Counted from the first letter of the stretch, positions 27,901 through 37,324 are shown. The stretch is 64,000 bases of DNA from Nibricoccus sp. (GCA_047602425.1 JASGHG010000001.1:3168001-3232000), one strand, 5' to 3'. The notes: generated by a model from the sequence alone, not told the origin. Program-made: numbers and translations.

Positions 27901-28563
27901 AGCGTCGGCGGCGTTGACGTAGTGAACGTCATTCGTGCAGATGACCTTGAGACTGAATTCTTCGGCGAGCTTGAGCAGGCCGGGAATAATTTTGCGCTGC
28001 TCGGGCAACCCGTGGTCTTGGATTTCGACAAAAAAGTTTTCGCGGCCAAAAACGTCGACGAAACGTGCCGTGGCTTTGCGGGCGTCTTCTTCTCGATCAT
28101 GCAGAAGATGTTGCGGGACAATTGCCGCCAGGCACCCACTGAAAGCGATGAGCCCGCCGGAGTATTTCGTCAGGGTTTCCCAGTCGGCGCGGGGCTTGTA
28201 ATAGAAGCCCTTAAGATGCGCATCGGAAACGAGTTTGAGGAGGTTCTGGTAGCCTTGGAGATTTTTGGCGAGGAGGCCCAAATGGTAGTAACTTTTACCG
28301 TCTTCCGCGCGGCCATTTTTCTCCAACCGGGAGTTTTCAACCAGGTAAATTTCGCAGCCGATAAGCGGCTTTATGTTTTTGTCCTTCGCGGCCTTATAAA
28401 ATTCAATCGCACCAAACATATTGCCGTGGTCGGTGAGCGCGAGGGCCGTCATCCCGAGACTCGCGGTGCGGTCCATCAGGCGGTCGATCCGGCAGGCTCC
28501 ATCGAGCAGGCTATAGTCAGTATGGACGTGGAGATGGACGAAGTTTTTGTCGGCGGAGGACAC
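24922..28563 (-). CDS. dnaE: DNA polymerase III subunit alpha, 1213 aa
   Basis: PHP FVHLHVHTDYSLLDG, GPGRGSGAG, PDFDIDF, KMDFLGL, YGFNKSH. Confidence 0.97.
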   Translation of the reverse strand: MSSADKNFVHLHVHTDYSLLDGACRIDRLMDRTASLGMTALALTDHGNMFGAIEFYKAAKDKNIKPLIGCEIYLVENSRLEKNGRAEDGKSYYHLGLLAKNLQGYQNLLKLVSDAHLKGFYYKPRADWETLTKYSGGLIAFSGCLAAIVPQHLLHDREEDARKATARFVDVFGRENFFVEIQDHGLPEQRKIIPGLLKLAEEFSLKVICTNDVHYVNAADAGPHDAMLCIQTGAKIADENRMRFSTNEFFLKSRDEMAKIFGEIPESLTNTQLVAEMCDLAIPFPKGSERYPRYPLPPEIKVDRATYLFDLCVEGLKKRYNVDQPSIATHPIVAERLAKFTNLPPGEKPKAPDYSGLAPEELLVLRMGYELSIINVTGFVDYFLVVWDFINWAKAHNIPVGPGRGSGAGCLVAYLLAITNIDPIRFGLLFERFLNPERVSPPDFDIDFCMRRREEVINYVREKYGKDCVSNIITYGTLGAKMVIRDVSRVNDLPYAEADRIAKMIPDEINISLEDAITKSADLRNEIERNPVAKKIVGQARVLEGMVRNTGKHAAGIIITDKPLDEFVPLTLQEGDVTVQYDMNAVGKLGLLKMDFLGLKTLTVISDAVENVRRTVNLNFDIETISLEDPVTYKLLNSGKTVGVFQLESGGMQNASKLVGISNIDDINAISALYRPGPMQFIPDYARGKKDPTTIEYPHPLLEPVLKETYGIIVYQEQVMECARVIAGYTLGGADMLRRAMGKKDVEGMAKERVKFVAGAKQHHNIDEKKANEIFDLLNKFAQYGFNKSHSAAYAMVAYQTAYLKANYPVQFMAAVLTAELGNSEKVAHFIAECEAMGLTVLGPDANESRENFTPVGDKIRFGLAGIKGVGEQAAQKIIEEREKNGPYASFEDLVKRVDGRAINKRVLEHLTKTGAFDYSGASRKKLFDSIDAALAGAASQARDRAAGQFNMLDMLDEPAPKARNLKAQISNLKLSPDAASDDFTSTERLTFEKELLGFYVSGHPLNAYAGLAEAIDTFPVDQLLNQPDRTEFRLCGIVGNIAKKLSKKDNRPWAAFTLATRKASVALNMFADAYAAYSMNLAENAPVLVQGNIIVGQDGARINVKECYPLENFVSGSVRRVTWLLDPQHEKLNDFLQVLRETLNKNTGDTKISIAFVFEQRASVVSDASSALGWKLLPAKFQQLRNHPAVVGVELETKRLELKQDKRWAKRS

Positions 28564-28679
28564 AGCTTCAGAGGGAACGACGGTTGATGGGTTTTTTCAA
28601 AGGGGAAAATGGGGTTGACGATGGAAAATTTATTCTGCCTATTCGTCGTCTTTTTCCGTTCACCAACCCGTCTGACAAC

Positions 28680-28877
28680 ATGCCCATCGAAATCAAAATC
28701 CGCAAAAACGAGCCCGTTGATCGTGCGCTCCGTCGCATGAAGAAGAAGCTCGATCGCGAGAACATCATCAAGGGTGTTCGTGCGAAGCGCTACCATGAGA
28801 AGCCGTGCGAAAAACGCCGTCGCAAAGAAAAGGTCATGGCCTTCACCGCGATGCTGCGCCGCCGTCACGCGGAATAA
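28680..28877 (+). CDS. rpsU: 30S ribosomal protein bS21, 65 aa
   Basis: IKIRKNEPVDRALRRMKKK...RYHEKPCEKRRRK. Confidence 0.95.
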   Translation: MPIEIKIRKNEPVDRALRRMKKKLDRENIIKGVRAKRYHEKPCEKRRRKEKVMAFTAMLRRRHAE

Positions 28878-28905
28878 GCGACTATTTGCGTTTTGCTCCT
28901 TTTTC

Positions 28906-28947
28906 ACGACCGCACTCCCGCACACGGAGCGCGGTCGTTTTCTTTTT
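28906..28947 (+). terminator. Intrinsic terminator after rpsU
   Basis: ACGACCGCACTCC/GGAGCGCGGTCGT stem followed by a T-rich tract. Confidence 0.7.
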
Positions 28948-29011
28948 GGCGTTGCGACCCGGCGCTGGAACCGTGTTTTAGGCGGGTAGGTCCTAGGAAA
29001 CGGTTGTTCCA

Positions 29012-29953
29012 TTGAAGCCAACGCTTTCACTTTCCACCAGTTGGTGTTCCCCGCGTCACAACGACGGTTACACGATGCTTCGCGAGATCGCGGACCTCGG
29101 GTTCACGCACGTGGAACTCAGCCATGGCATCCGCATCACGCTTGTGCCGGGTATTCTGAAGGCGGTTGAAGAAGGCGTGATCAAAGTCGGATCGACGCAT
29201 AATTTTTGCCCGCTTCCAACAGGCATCACGCGGGCGGCCCCCAATCTTTTCGAACCATCTTCCAGCGACAGCCGGGAGCGCGACCAATGGCTTCGCCAAA
29301 CTCAGCGTTCGATCGAATTCGCCGCGCAACTTAATGCCCGCGTGCTGGTCGTGCACCTTGGCAGCGTGCGATTTGGTCTGGTCGATCCAGTGAGGAAACT
29401 CGACGCCTACGCCGCACAACATCCCGGCGTCGATCTTGCGACCGACGTCGAGTATCAGGAACTTCTTTCGACCTCGCTCGCGAAAATGCGAAAACGCATG
29501 CGGCCTTATTGGGAGCGAGTCTTGCATTGCATCGAAGGCGTGCGCGCCTTCGCCGCCGAACGTGGCGTTGCGCTTGGCTTCGAAAACCGGGAAGGCTTCG
29601 AGGAACTCCCGCTCGACGCCGATTTTGAAAAGCTGATTTATGGCGTGGCGCAGCCCAACACGGTCGGCTACTGGCACGACACCGGCCACGCCGAGCTCAA
29701 GCAACGCATGGGTTTGCTCAAACACCGCGCGCATCTCGAAACCCACGCCGCCCGTCTGATCGGTTTTCACCTGCACGACGTCGACATCGAGGGCAACGAC
29801 CATCAACCAGTCGGCGAAGGCACCATCGATTTTTCCATGATCAGTTCGTTTTGGAAACCGCATCATTTGCTCGTGCTCGAGTTCAGTCCCCGTCTCGAAG
29901 TTGAAGACGTGAAAATTTCAAAACAACGCATCGAGGCGTTGATGAAAAAGTAA
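29012..29953 (+). CDS. Sugar-phosphate isomerase/epimerase-like TIM-barrel protein (AP_endonuc_2), 313 aa
   Basis: VELSHG, LVVHLG, GFEN, WHDTGHA, FHLHD, DHQPVGEGTIDF, VLE metal motifs. Confidence 0.82.
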   Translation: MKPTLSLSTSWCSPRHNDGYTMLREIADLGFTHVELSHGIRITLVPGILKAVEEGVIKVGSTHNFCPLPTGITRAAPNLFEPSSSDSRERDQWLRQTQRSIEFAAQLNARVLVVHLGSVRFGLVDPVRKLDAYAAQHPGVDLATDVEYQELLSTSLAKMRKRMRPYWERVLHCIEGVRAFAAERGVALGFENREGFEELPLDADFEKLIYGVAQPNTVGYWHDTGHAELKQRMGLLKHRAHLETHAARLIGFHLHDVDIEGNDHQPVGEGTIDFSMISSFWKPHHLLVLEFSPRLEVEDVKISKQRIEALMKK

Positions 29954-29976
29954 ACCTGAGCTCATTGCTCTTTCTT

Positions 29977-30876
29977 ATGAAAACCCACCTCCGTCAGATT
30001 TGTGTGACGTTAACCGCCCTGGTCGCAGCGCTCTCGCTCCGAGCCGCCGGCGAAAATCCCGCTCCGGCGTCAGCTGCTCCAGCCGCTGCAACTCCCGCTG
30101 TGGCGCCAGCCGAGCCTGCTCCGAGCGCTGTGCAGACGGAGCTCAAACAATTGGTCGATAAAATCAAAACCAAGCTCCGCGCCGGTTCCCGGACCGAGGC
30201 GATGCTGGCCGAGGAGCTGAAAGGTTTCGATGCCATCCTTGCCGCGCACAAAGGCGAACAAAGCGAGGATCTCGCGCAAGTTCTGATGATGAAAGCCGGG
30301 CTCTACATCGAAGTATTTCAGAACGCCGAAAAGGGCGAAGCGCTGGTCAAACAAATCAAAACGGATTACCCCAATACCGAACTGGCCAAACAGACTGATA
30401 ACATCCTGGCCATGCTGGCCCAAAGAAAAGAGTCCGAAAAGATGAAGGCGGCCTTCGCCGTCGGTGCGATTTTTCCCGGATTTGAGGAAAAAGATCTGAA
30501 TGGACAACCGCTCTCCATCGCCAAATTCAAGGGCAAGATCGTCTTGGTCGACTTTTGGGCCACCTGGTGCGGACCGTGCGTCAACGAACTGCCCAACGTG
30601 ATCGCCGCCTACAATAAATACCACGCCAAGGGCTTCGAAATCGTCGGCATCAGCCTCGACAAGGATGAAGCCGCGTTGAAGAAGTTCATTGAGGATAAAA
30701 AAATGCCCTGGCCGCAGTATTTCGATGGCAAAGGCTGGCAGAGCAAACTGGGCCAGAAATACAGTATCGACAGCATTCCCGCCACTTTCCTGCTCGATGG
30801 CGACGGCAAGATCATCGCCAAAAACCTGCGCGGCTCTGCGCTCGAAGCCGAGTTGGAAAAACACCTCGGTAAATAA
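29977..30876 (+). CDS. TlpA/redoxin-family thiol-disulfide oxidoreductase, exported, about 299 aa
   Basis: Signal peptide, helical N-domain, VDFWATWCGPC, IPATFLLD. Confidence 0.9.
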   Translation: MKTHLRQICVTLTALVAALSLRAAGENPAPASAAPAAATPAVAPAEPAPSAVQTELKQLVDKIKTKLRAGSRTEAMLAEELKGFDAILAAHKGEQSEDLAQVLMMKAGLYIEVFQNAEKGEALVKQIKTDYPNTELAKQTDNILAMLAQRKESEKMKAAFAVGAIFPGFEEKDLNGQPLSIAKFKGKIVLVDFWATWCGPCVNELPNVIAAYNKYHAKGFEIVGISLDKDEAALKKFIEDKKMPWPQYFDGKGWQSKLGQKYSIDSIPATFLLDGDGKIIAKNLRGSALEAELEKHLGK

Positions 30877-30967
30877 TCGAGCATTTTTTCCGACCGTGCA
30901 GACGGTCTAGCGAGCCGTCCGCATACGTTGGTTTTTTGCCGCGGGGACATCCGCGAAATCTCTTTCC

Positions 30968-30998
30968 AAGCCCGTCTCACCCGAGACGGGCTTTTTTT
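30968..30998 (+). terminator. Intrinsic terminator
   Basis: AAGCCCGTCTC-ACCC-GAGACGGGCTT followed by TTTTT. Confidence 0.75.
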
Positions 30999-31051
30999 AT
31001 CGCTGACGAAAAACTGTTGATCACGTCTTCCCTGGACGAAATCTCCCAGAG

Positions 31052-31078
31052 AGTTTGTAACTTAATAGATTACAAACT
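31052..31078. repeat. Intergenic copy of the palindrome family, AGTTTGTAACTTAATAGATTACAAACT
   Basis: 19/23 identity to the 22577 copy, with a compensatory C:G to A:T change in the arms. Confidence 0.7.
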
Positions 31079-31180
31079 ATCCGGTAGATCTAAAAAAGAG
31101 GATGGTCGTACATTCCACAACTGCGCAGTGCTTTTCTGAAAAATTCCAAGCTTTGCTTCCGACGTGGCTTGCGGTGGCGT

Positions 31181-32242
31181 TTAGCGTTTGCTGCTGGCGA
31201 GGAGTTCGGCGATCCACCGGCGATGCGGGCCGGAGAGAGTGATTGCGTCGAGCTTCGTCAGGGGCGTCCAGACCAACTCGGGATTTTTGTTGGCGGAGGC
31301 GAATTGTTTGGCAGCGAGATCCGAGCGAAAAATCGTCTCGGTGATCGCATAGCGCGTGATGCTTCGGCGGCGCACGGCTAGCGGCTCCTGGCCATGGAAA
31401 TCGGTTTCATCCAGCCCGAGATCGGTCGCGCGAGGTAGTTCGTGTTGGTTGGCCAAGCGCTTCGACGCGGCATGAGCGCGATGGAGGAGGAGCGCGCCGT
31501 CGCGTTCGCACCAGAGGCGCGTGATGGCGACTTGTTCAATTTTTTTCGCGGCCAGGGCCGGATAGTCTTCAGGCGAACCTTCGCGGGCCGCGGCGCAAAA
31601 CTCCAGCACCGGGCAAACCGTGCACAAAGGGCTCTGTCGATGACAAATGGTTGCGCCAAGTTCCATCATGGCCTGGTTGTGGTCGCCGGGCGAGTTGGGT
31701 GCAATCAGCGAGTCGGCGAGCGGTTTGAAGGCCTTGGCCGCGCTCGCGGAATCGCGAAACTCCGTGGCATTCGCGGTCAAGCGCGAGAGAATGCGCACTA
31801 CGTTGCCGTCGACGCAAGCCGCCGGCTCGCCAAACGCGATGCTTGTGATCGCCGCCGCGGTATAGGGTCCGACTCCGGGTAATTCCTGCCATGCTTGGGG
31901 TGTGCGTGGTGGTTCGGAAAGCGCGGCAACGGCTTTGGCGAGCTTGTGCAAGTTTCGGGCGCGTGAATAGTAGCCGAGGCCCTCCCAGAGTTTGAGCACG
32001 CGGTCTTCCGAAGCGGCGGCGAGCGAGGCGAAATCCGGCAATTCCTCAAGCCAGCGGACGAAATAGGGCAGGGCGGTTTTCACCTGCGTCTGCTGGAGCA
32101 TGAGTTCGCTTACGACGGTTTTGTAGAGCGACGGAGCCTCGCGCCAGGGCAGCTTGCGCCGGTGCACGCGGTACCAATCGAGCAGAGCTTGCTGGAAATC
32201 GGCACGAAGGGCCCGGGAAGTTATGAGGTCGATTTTGGCCAC
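31181..32242 (-). CDS. mutY: A/G-specific adenine glycosylase, 353 aa
   Basis: VSELMLQQT, WEGLGYYSRARN, LPGVGPYTA, VDGNV, Fe-S motif C-x6-C-x2-C-x5-C. Confidence 0.95.
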   Translation of the reverse strand: MAKIDLITSRALRADFQQALLDWYRVHRRKLPWREAPSLYKTVVSELMLQQTQVKTALPYFVRWLEELPDFASLAAASEDRVLKLWEGLGYYSRARNLHKLAKAVAALSEPPRTPQAWQELPGVGPYTAAAITSIAFGEPAACVDGNVVRILSRLTANATEFRDSASAAKAFKPLADSLIAPNSPGDHNQAMMELGATICHRQSPLCTVCPVLEFCAAAREGSPEDYPALAAKKIEQVAITRLWCERDGALLLHRAHAASKRLANQHELPRATDLGLDETDFHGQEPLAVRRRSITRYAITETIFRSDLAAKQFASANKNPELVWTPLTKLDAITLSGPHRRWIAELLASSKR

Positions 32243-32334
32243 GAAAGTTCACAAGAAGTCACAAAAATCCCGCCATGTAAAAGCCTGCTGTCATTTTCGT
32301 TGGTTTTGTGGTTTTTTCTTTGCCACAAAAAACC

Positions 32335-33342
32335 ATGCCCAAAAAGTCTTTCGACGACGCTGACGCACCGAAGAAACTTTCCAGCTACACGGTCAAACTC
32401 GATGACGTGCAGATGGAAAAGCTGAAGTCCATCTGCGTTTCGCGCAATTGGGAGCCGTTTGAAGTCGCGTATTCCCGTTTCGCCTTCAAGGCCGAGCACC
32501 TCAAACTCAATGTCACCGCCTACACCAGCGGCAAAGTCGTCATCGCCGGCAAGGGCACCGAGGACTTCGTGCGCGACACGATCGAGCCTGAGGTGACCGG
32601 TCAGGCCAAACTCGGCTACGACGAAGTGCTGCATCCCGACTGGTACGAACCGCACGCCGGCCTCGACGAAAGCGGCAAGGGTGACTTCTTTGGCCCCGTG
32701 ATTGCTGCGACAGTGATCGCCGACCGTTATGCGATTGAACTTTGGATCAAGGCAGGGGTTAAGGATTCGAAGAAAGTCACCGAGTCGCAAATCATCAGAC
32801 TCGATAAACTCATTCGCGACACGCCGGGCGTTTCCGTGCGCACCTGTTTCAGCGGAATGCCGAAATACAACCAGATGATGGCGCGTCCTGGCCAAAATCT
32901 GAACCGGCTGCTCGCTTGGTTGCATGCGACGGCGTTGACCGACGCGCTCGAACGCAAACGCGTGAAATGGGGTTTGCTCGATCAATTTACCGAACAGCCG
33001 CTCGTGCAGCGCGAACTGGAGCGCAAGGAAATCAAAGACTTCGAACTACGCATGCGGACCAAGGCTGAAGAAGACCCGGTTGTTGCTGCGGCTTCCATTG
33101 TCGCTCGTGCGGAATATGTGCGGCAGATGCACGAGCTCTCGAAAAAATTTGGCGCCCCGCTGCAAAAAGGTGCCAGTGCGCTGGTGAAACAACAGGCGAG
33201 CGAAATTATCCAAAAATTTGGTGCGCGTGCGCTCGGCGATTTCGCGAAACTGCATTTTCGCACTGCCTACGAAGTTGTTTCAGCAGCCGGCAAACTCGAC
33301 GAACTGCCATTGCAGGAGCCCAAAGAGCGGGTGGAGTGGTGA
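32335..33342 (+). CDS. rnhC: Ribonuclease HIII, about 335 aa
   Basis: TBP-like N-domain (AYTSGKVVIAG), GLDESGKGDFFGP, GVKDSK, DQF, VAAASIVAR, AKLHF. Confidence 0.92.
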   Translation: MPKKSFDDADAPKKLSSYTVKLDDVQMEKLKSICVSRNWEPFEVAYSRFAFKAEHLKLNVTAYTSGKVVIAGKGTEDFVRDTIEPEVTGQAKLGYDEVLHPDWYEPHAGLDESGKGDFFGPVIAATVIADRYAIELWIKAGVKDSKKVTESQIIRLDKLIRDTPGVSVRTCFSGMPKYNQMMARPGQNLNRLLAWLHATALTDALERKRVKWGLLDQFTEQPLVQRELERKEIKDFELRMRTKAEEDPVVAAASIVARAEYVRQMHELSKKFGAPLQKGASALVKQQASEIIQKFGARALGDFAKLHFRTAYEVVSAAGKLDELPLQEPKERVEW

Positions 33343-33487
33343 GCGATCACTGCTAACTAGGGTTGCAGTTATTGTGCCGTTTAGGTGGTTCGTCGACGAA
33401 CCACCGACGGTATTTTTGAAACATGTTTGTACCTAGGATTATAGTTTAGAGATTTTTTAAAAATATCATAGCCGCACAACTCCGGCT

Positions 33488-33558
33488 GTAGGGGCGCAGT
33501 CTTGCTGCGCCCGGTTTGGTTTTGCCACAGAAAGGGCGCAGCAAGACTGCGCCCCTAC
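33488..33558. repeat. GTAG-type REP doublet (25-bp perfect inverted pair)
   Basis: GTAGGGGCGCAGTCTTGCTGCGCCC (33488-33512) and its reverse complement (33534-33558). Confidence 0.8.
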
Positions 33559-33764
33559 GAAGACAGCTCGGTTCATAACACCGATTTGCGGCTACAATTT
33601 TATTGTATGTGCTCTAGAATCCATTCTCTGGAGATCGCTGTGTACGGAACTGATGCTGAGCGAAGATTTTGGGAGAGACGAAAAAGACTTGGGCGTGGAG
33701 ACGCAACGCTTCGCAAAACGAAGATTGAATATAGAACCATCGATTTCGGGTTTAGGCGCGTATT

Positions 33765-33779
33765 GCGCAACAATGCGCA
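33765..33779. promoter_or_regulatory. Putative operator GCGCAACAATGCGCA upstream of the TonB receptor
   Basis: Recurs at 37606 and 47338, both upstream of pectin genes. Confidence 0.55.
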
Positions 33780-33949
33780 TGAAGAACGGCTCGTTGTTGC
33801 GAACTTTTAAAATATAGATCGGCGCGTTCCCACAACTATCCTAGCACGCTGCCTGTTATATATGCGCCGAAATCGTCCGTCTGTCATGACGAATGGAAGG
33901 CGCATTGCGTGGGCGGCGCTGGAAATACCTCCAACAAAAAGTCAGCACC

Positions 33950-36900
33950 ATGCCTCGTTCAAACCAAGCTTCTCCCTGTTTGTTTTCGTTTGGCCGTTTA
34001 TTTCTATCTATTTGTGCCCTCTTTGCCGTGAGTGCAGTTCTCAATGCACAAACCGGGCAAACCGGCACGGTTTCGGGTTATATATTTAACGCCGGTACAA
34101 AAAATTATATCAGCAACGTCGAAGTAAAGGACCAGGAAACCGGCAAGACCGCCGTAACGGATGCCGATGGTCGCTTCGATCTTACCCTGCCGGCCGGTCC
34201 GCATAAACTGACGGTCACATACGCCGGCTTGGACACCCGCACGGTGGATGTCGAGGTGGTGGCGGGACAAAGAGCCACGCCGGAAATCGGACTCACCAAT
34301 AGCGATTACGGTGCCGAAACGATTGTCATGGACCAATTTGTTGTCGCTGGCACAAAAGAGGGCAGGGCGGCGTCAATTGCTCAACAGAAACAAGCGGACG
34401 TTCCAGTGAACGTCATTTCCTCGGATGAATTCGGAAATATCGCAGGTGGAAATGTCGGTGATTTTCTCCGCAATGTGCCCGGTATATCGATCGAGTATTC
34501 GGGCCCTGATCCTCGCTGGGTAAGCGTTCGTGGTATGAATCCGAACATGACCGCGGTGACCGTCAATGGCATGCGCGGAGCCAGCGCCTCCAGCGCCAAT
34601 CAAAATCGCCGTTTCGAATTCGATCAAACCTCTCTCCAGGACGTCGAATCCATTGAAATTTTTAAAACTCCCAATGCATCGCTCGAAGCCGATACCGGCG
34701 GCGGATCGGTTAATATTGTGAGCAAAAGTGCATTTAAACAGAAAGGTCGCCGTATCAACTATTCGGTGCTGGCCAATGCCATTAGTAGTGATGTCACGTT
34801 TGGGAAAACCGTTTTTCCTGAAGATGGGTCTTCGGAATATACGAGCAAGATTCGTCCAGGCGGCACTTTTTCGTATTCGAATTCTTTCTTTAACAACCGC
34901 CTCGGCGTGACTTTCACGGCTAACTATAACGAGTATTTCGTTAATTCACATAGCGCCAACACCAACTATGCCGCAACCAATAGCATAGCGGCCTTTAATG
35001 CCAACGGCCCGGTGTTGCTCGATTCTCCGACCGGGTTGCACGCGCGAGGATTTACTTACGGCATCAATCCGATCACGACTCAGCGCACTGCGGTTTCACT
35101 CAATCTCGACTTTCGTCTCACCGATTCGACCACGCTATGGGCGCGAAGCCAGGTCAACACGAGCCAGCTCCGCGGTGGCGGTCGCTCGCTCGACGTGGGC
35201 GTCAACGCGCCCACGGTGACACCTCCGGCGACCAACGGCGTCGCGGCTGGCTGGACGGCCTATTCGTTGACCGCCTTGGGCGATGGCACTGCGACCGCCG
35301 CTGCCGCTGCAACGAGCAACAGCAGTACGTTTGCCCATGTCGCGGGCGAATTTCTCGATAAGGTTGGCGCTGACACCAAGTTCGGCATCGGTTCGAATAC
35401 CAAGGTGGGGCCATGGAAAATCGACACCGCGCTCGGCCTGTCTCTTTCGACGAATCACTATCGAAATATGGGCAGCATGCCGGTGCCGCAGGTGGATCTT
35501 TATCTCCGTGGCATCAGTTATCGTTTCGACCAGCCGCCAGGTACCAATTATCCCACCTTTACCCAGCTGAGTGGTCCGGATATTTATGACCTCTCCAATT
35601 ATGTCAGCCGCGTCAGCACCAGCGCCACCAGCCGGGTAAGCGGCACGAACGTGGGCGTGAACGATGCCAACGGTGTTCGCATTTTTTATCCGTCGACGTC
35701 GACGGGCTCGGGTCAAACAGCCATTACTTATCCGGACGTATCGACGGAGGGTTCTCAATATGCGCCTTTCCAGCTGCGCAATTCGCGTCGTGCCGGTGCC
35801 ACCGACAAGTTCTTCACCGCGAAATTCGATGTGCGGCGTGACTTTGCCACGCACTTTCCGATCTACGTTCAAGGTGGTGGTAATTTCCGGCGGCAGGATC
35901 GGTCAACCAACCGTGAGGGACAAACACGCTGGCTTTATGCGGGCCCCGACGGAGTCCTGGGGTCGGCAGATGACTACACGACTCTTAACCTCGACCAGTT
36001 CAAATCGACCAAGATCGACGACACTTACGGTCCCTATCGTCAATTGCCTTACTACGATCTCGCGGCGATCAATACTTACTTCCAGAACAACCGGAATCTA
36101 TTCAAGGAGGACGTTTCCTATCGGATCGAGACCGAGGCTGCTTTTGCGAAGTCGATCACCGAGAAAGTGACCGGCGCCTACGCCATGTCCGGAGTCCGGT
36201 TCAACAAGCTCAATGTGCTTCTTGGCTTGCGCTTCGAGCGTTCGCAAGATGCGGGTGAAGGCCCCGCGGTTGACAACGAGACGGCTCGCGACGTGGCGGT
36301 TGCCGATCTGTTGGCTTATGTAAATAGTCAGGGCTACGCGACGGTGAACGCTGCGCCCGCAGCCGTTCGCAGTGCGTTTCGCGCCGACGCGGCTAAATTG
36401 TCGCGGATTCGTTATGCGAAGCGGACCACGTCCTCGCAGGAGTACAGCGATTTTTATCCAAACGTACAACTGCGCTATTCGATCACAAAGGATTTTATTG
36501 TTCGCACCAGCTATAATAAATCGATCAGCCGTCAGGACTTCGCTGATATTATGCCGGGCTACACGGTGGCCTCGGCGGGCAGCAACGGACCGGATCTCAA
36601 TAACGTCACCATCAGCAACACCAAACTAAAACCGGTTTATTACAATAATTACGATCTCAGTATGGAATACTATTTTGAGAAAGGCGGACTGCTTTCAGCC
36701 AGCATATATTATAAAGATTTGAAAAACTATACGATAACAACCACGGAAACAATTCTTCCAGGCGTTGACTATGGCTATAATTTAAGCGGCTACATCGGCG
36801 ACAATCTCACGCGAAAGATCAATTCCGGCACAGCGAAGTACAAGGGTATTGAATTGTCATATTCGCAGCGGTTGGGTTCTCTGATCAATGCCCTGCGTGA

Positions 36901-37324
36901 TTTCGACGCATTTGCGGGCTTTACTTACCAGCAGGCAAGCGCGAACACCACGTTCGGCGGCTCTGCTACGCAAGCGACCAATTTGCCGATGACAGGCGTG
37001 GTGCCGCGCATGTTTAACGTGGGTGTTAACTATCGCCACAAGGCGCTGAACGCCCGCGTGATTTACAATTGGAAGAGCGCTTACGCCAATGCTGTCACGG
37101 TGAACAACCTCGTTCCGACCAATCCAATGATTCGCTACTGGGACGATCGCGGCACTTTCGACATTTCAACGTCATATGATATTTATAAAAAGCACGCTGT
37201 GTTTCTCGACGTCAGGAATATCGGGAACGTTCCTTCCCGAGAATATATCGTGAATAAAAGCTATACCCGTTCGTATGCGATTAACGGCGCGACGCTTTAC
37301 CTCGGTATCAAGGGGACCTTCTAA
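33950..37324 (+). CDS. TonB-dependent receptor with N-terminal carboxypeptidase-regulatory-like domain, about 1124 aa
   Basis: Signal peptide, AVTDADGRF, plug NVGDFLRNVPGI...SVRGM...IEIFK...GGSVN, beta-barrel with C-terminal YLGIKGTF. Confidence 0.92.
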   Translation: MPRSNQASPCLFSFGRLFLSICALFAVSAVLNAQTGQTGTVSGYIFNAGTKNYISNVEVKDQETGKTAVTDADGRFDLTLPAGPHKLTVTYAGLDTRTVDVEVVAGQRATPEIGLTNSDYGAETIVMDQFVVAGTKEGRAASIAQQKQADVPVNVISSDEFGNIAGGNVGDFLRNVPGISIEYSGPDPRWVSVRGMNPNMTAVTVNGMRGASASSANQNRRFEFDQTSLQDVESIEIFKTPNASLEADTGGGSVNIVSKSAFKQKGRRINYSVLANAISSDVTFGKTVFPEDGSSEYTSKIRPGGTFSYSNSFFNNRLGVTFTANYNEYFVNSHSANTNYAATNSIAAFNANGPVLLDSPTGLHARGFTYGINPITTQRTAVSLNLDFRLTDSTTLWARSQVNTSQLRGGGRSLDVGVNAPTVTPPATNGVAAGWTAYSLTALGDGTATAAAAATSNSSTFAHVAGEFLDKVGADTKFGIGSNTKVGPWKIDTALGLSLSTNHYRNMGSMPVPQVDLYLRGISYRFDQPPGTNYPTFTQLSGPDIYDLSNYVSRVSTSATSRVSGTNVGVNDANGVRIFYPSTSTGSGQTAITYPDVSTEGSQYAPFQLRNSRRAGATDKFFTAKFDVRRDFATHFPIYVQGGGNFRRQDRSTNREGQTRWLYAGPDGVLGSADDYTTLNLDQFKSTKIDDTYGPYRQLPYYDLAAINTYFQNNRNLFKEDVSYRIETEAAFAKSITEKVTGAYAMSGVRFNKLNVLLGLRFERSQDAGEGPAVDNETARDVAVADLLAYVNSQGYATVNAAPAAVRSAFRADAAKLSRIRYAKRTTSSQEYSDFYPNVQLRYSITKDFIVRTSYNKSISRQDFADIMPGYTVASAGSNGPDLNNVTISNTKLKPVYYNNYDLSMEYYFEKGGLLSASIYYKDLKNYTITTTETILPGVDYGYNLSGYIGDNLTRKINSGTAKYKGIELSYSQRLGSLINALRDFDAFAGFTYQQASANTTFGGSATQATNLPMTGVVPRMFNVGVNYRHKALNARVIYNWKSAYANAVTVNNLVPTNPMIRYWDDRGTFDISTSYDIYKKHAVFLDVRNIGNVPSREYIVNKSYTRSYAINGATLYLGIKGTF

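Noticed and set aside
33343..33949. 600-bp intergenic region with short ORFs (33502-33810, 33592-33780)
   Set aside because: ORFs cross a REP doublet and AT-rich promoter-like DNA with no protein features; no riboswitch or tRNA recognised by eye (an Rfam scan would settle it)
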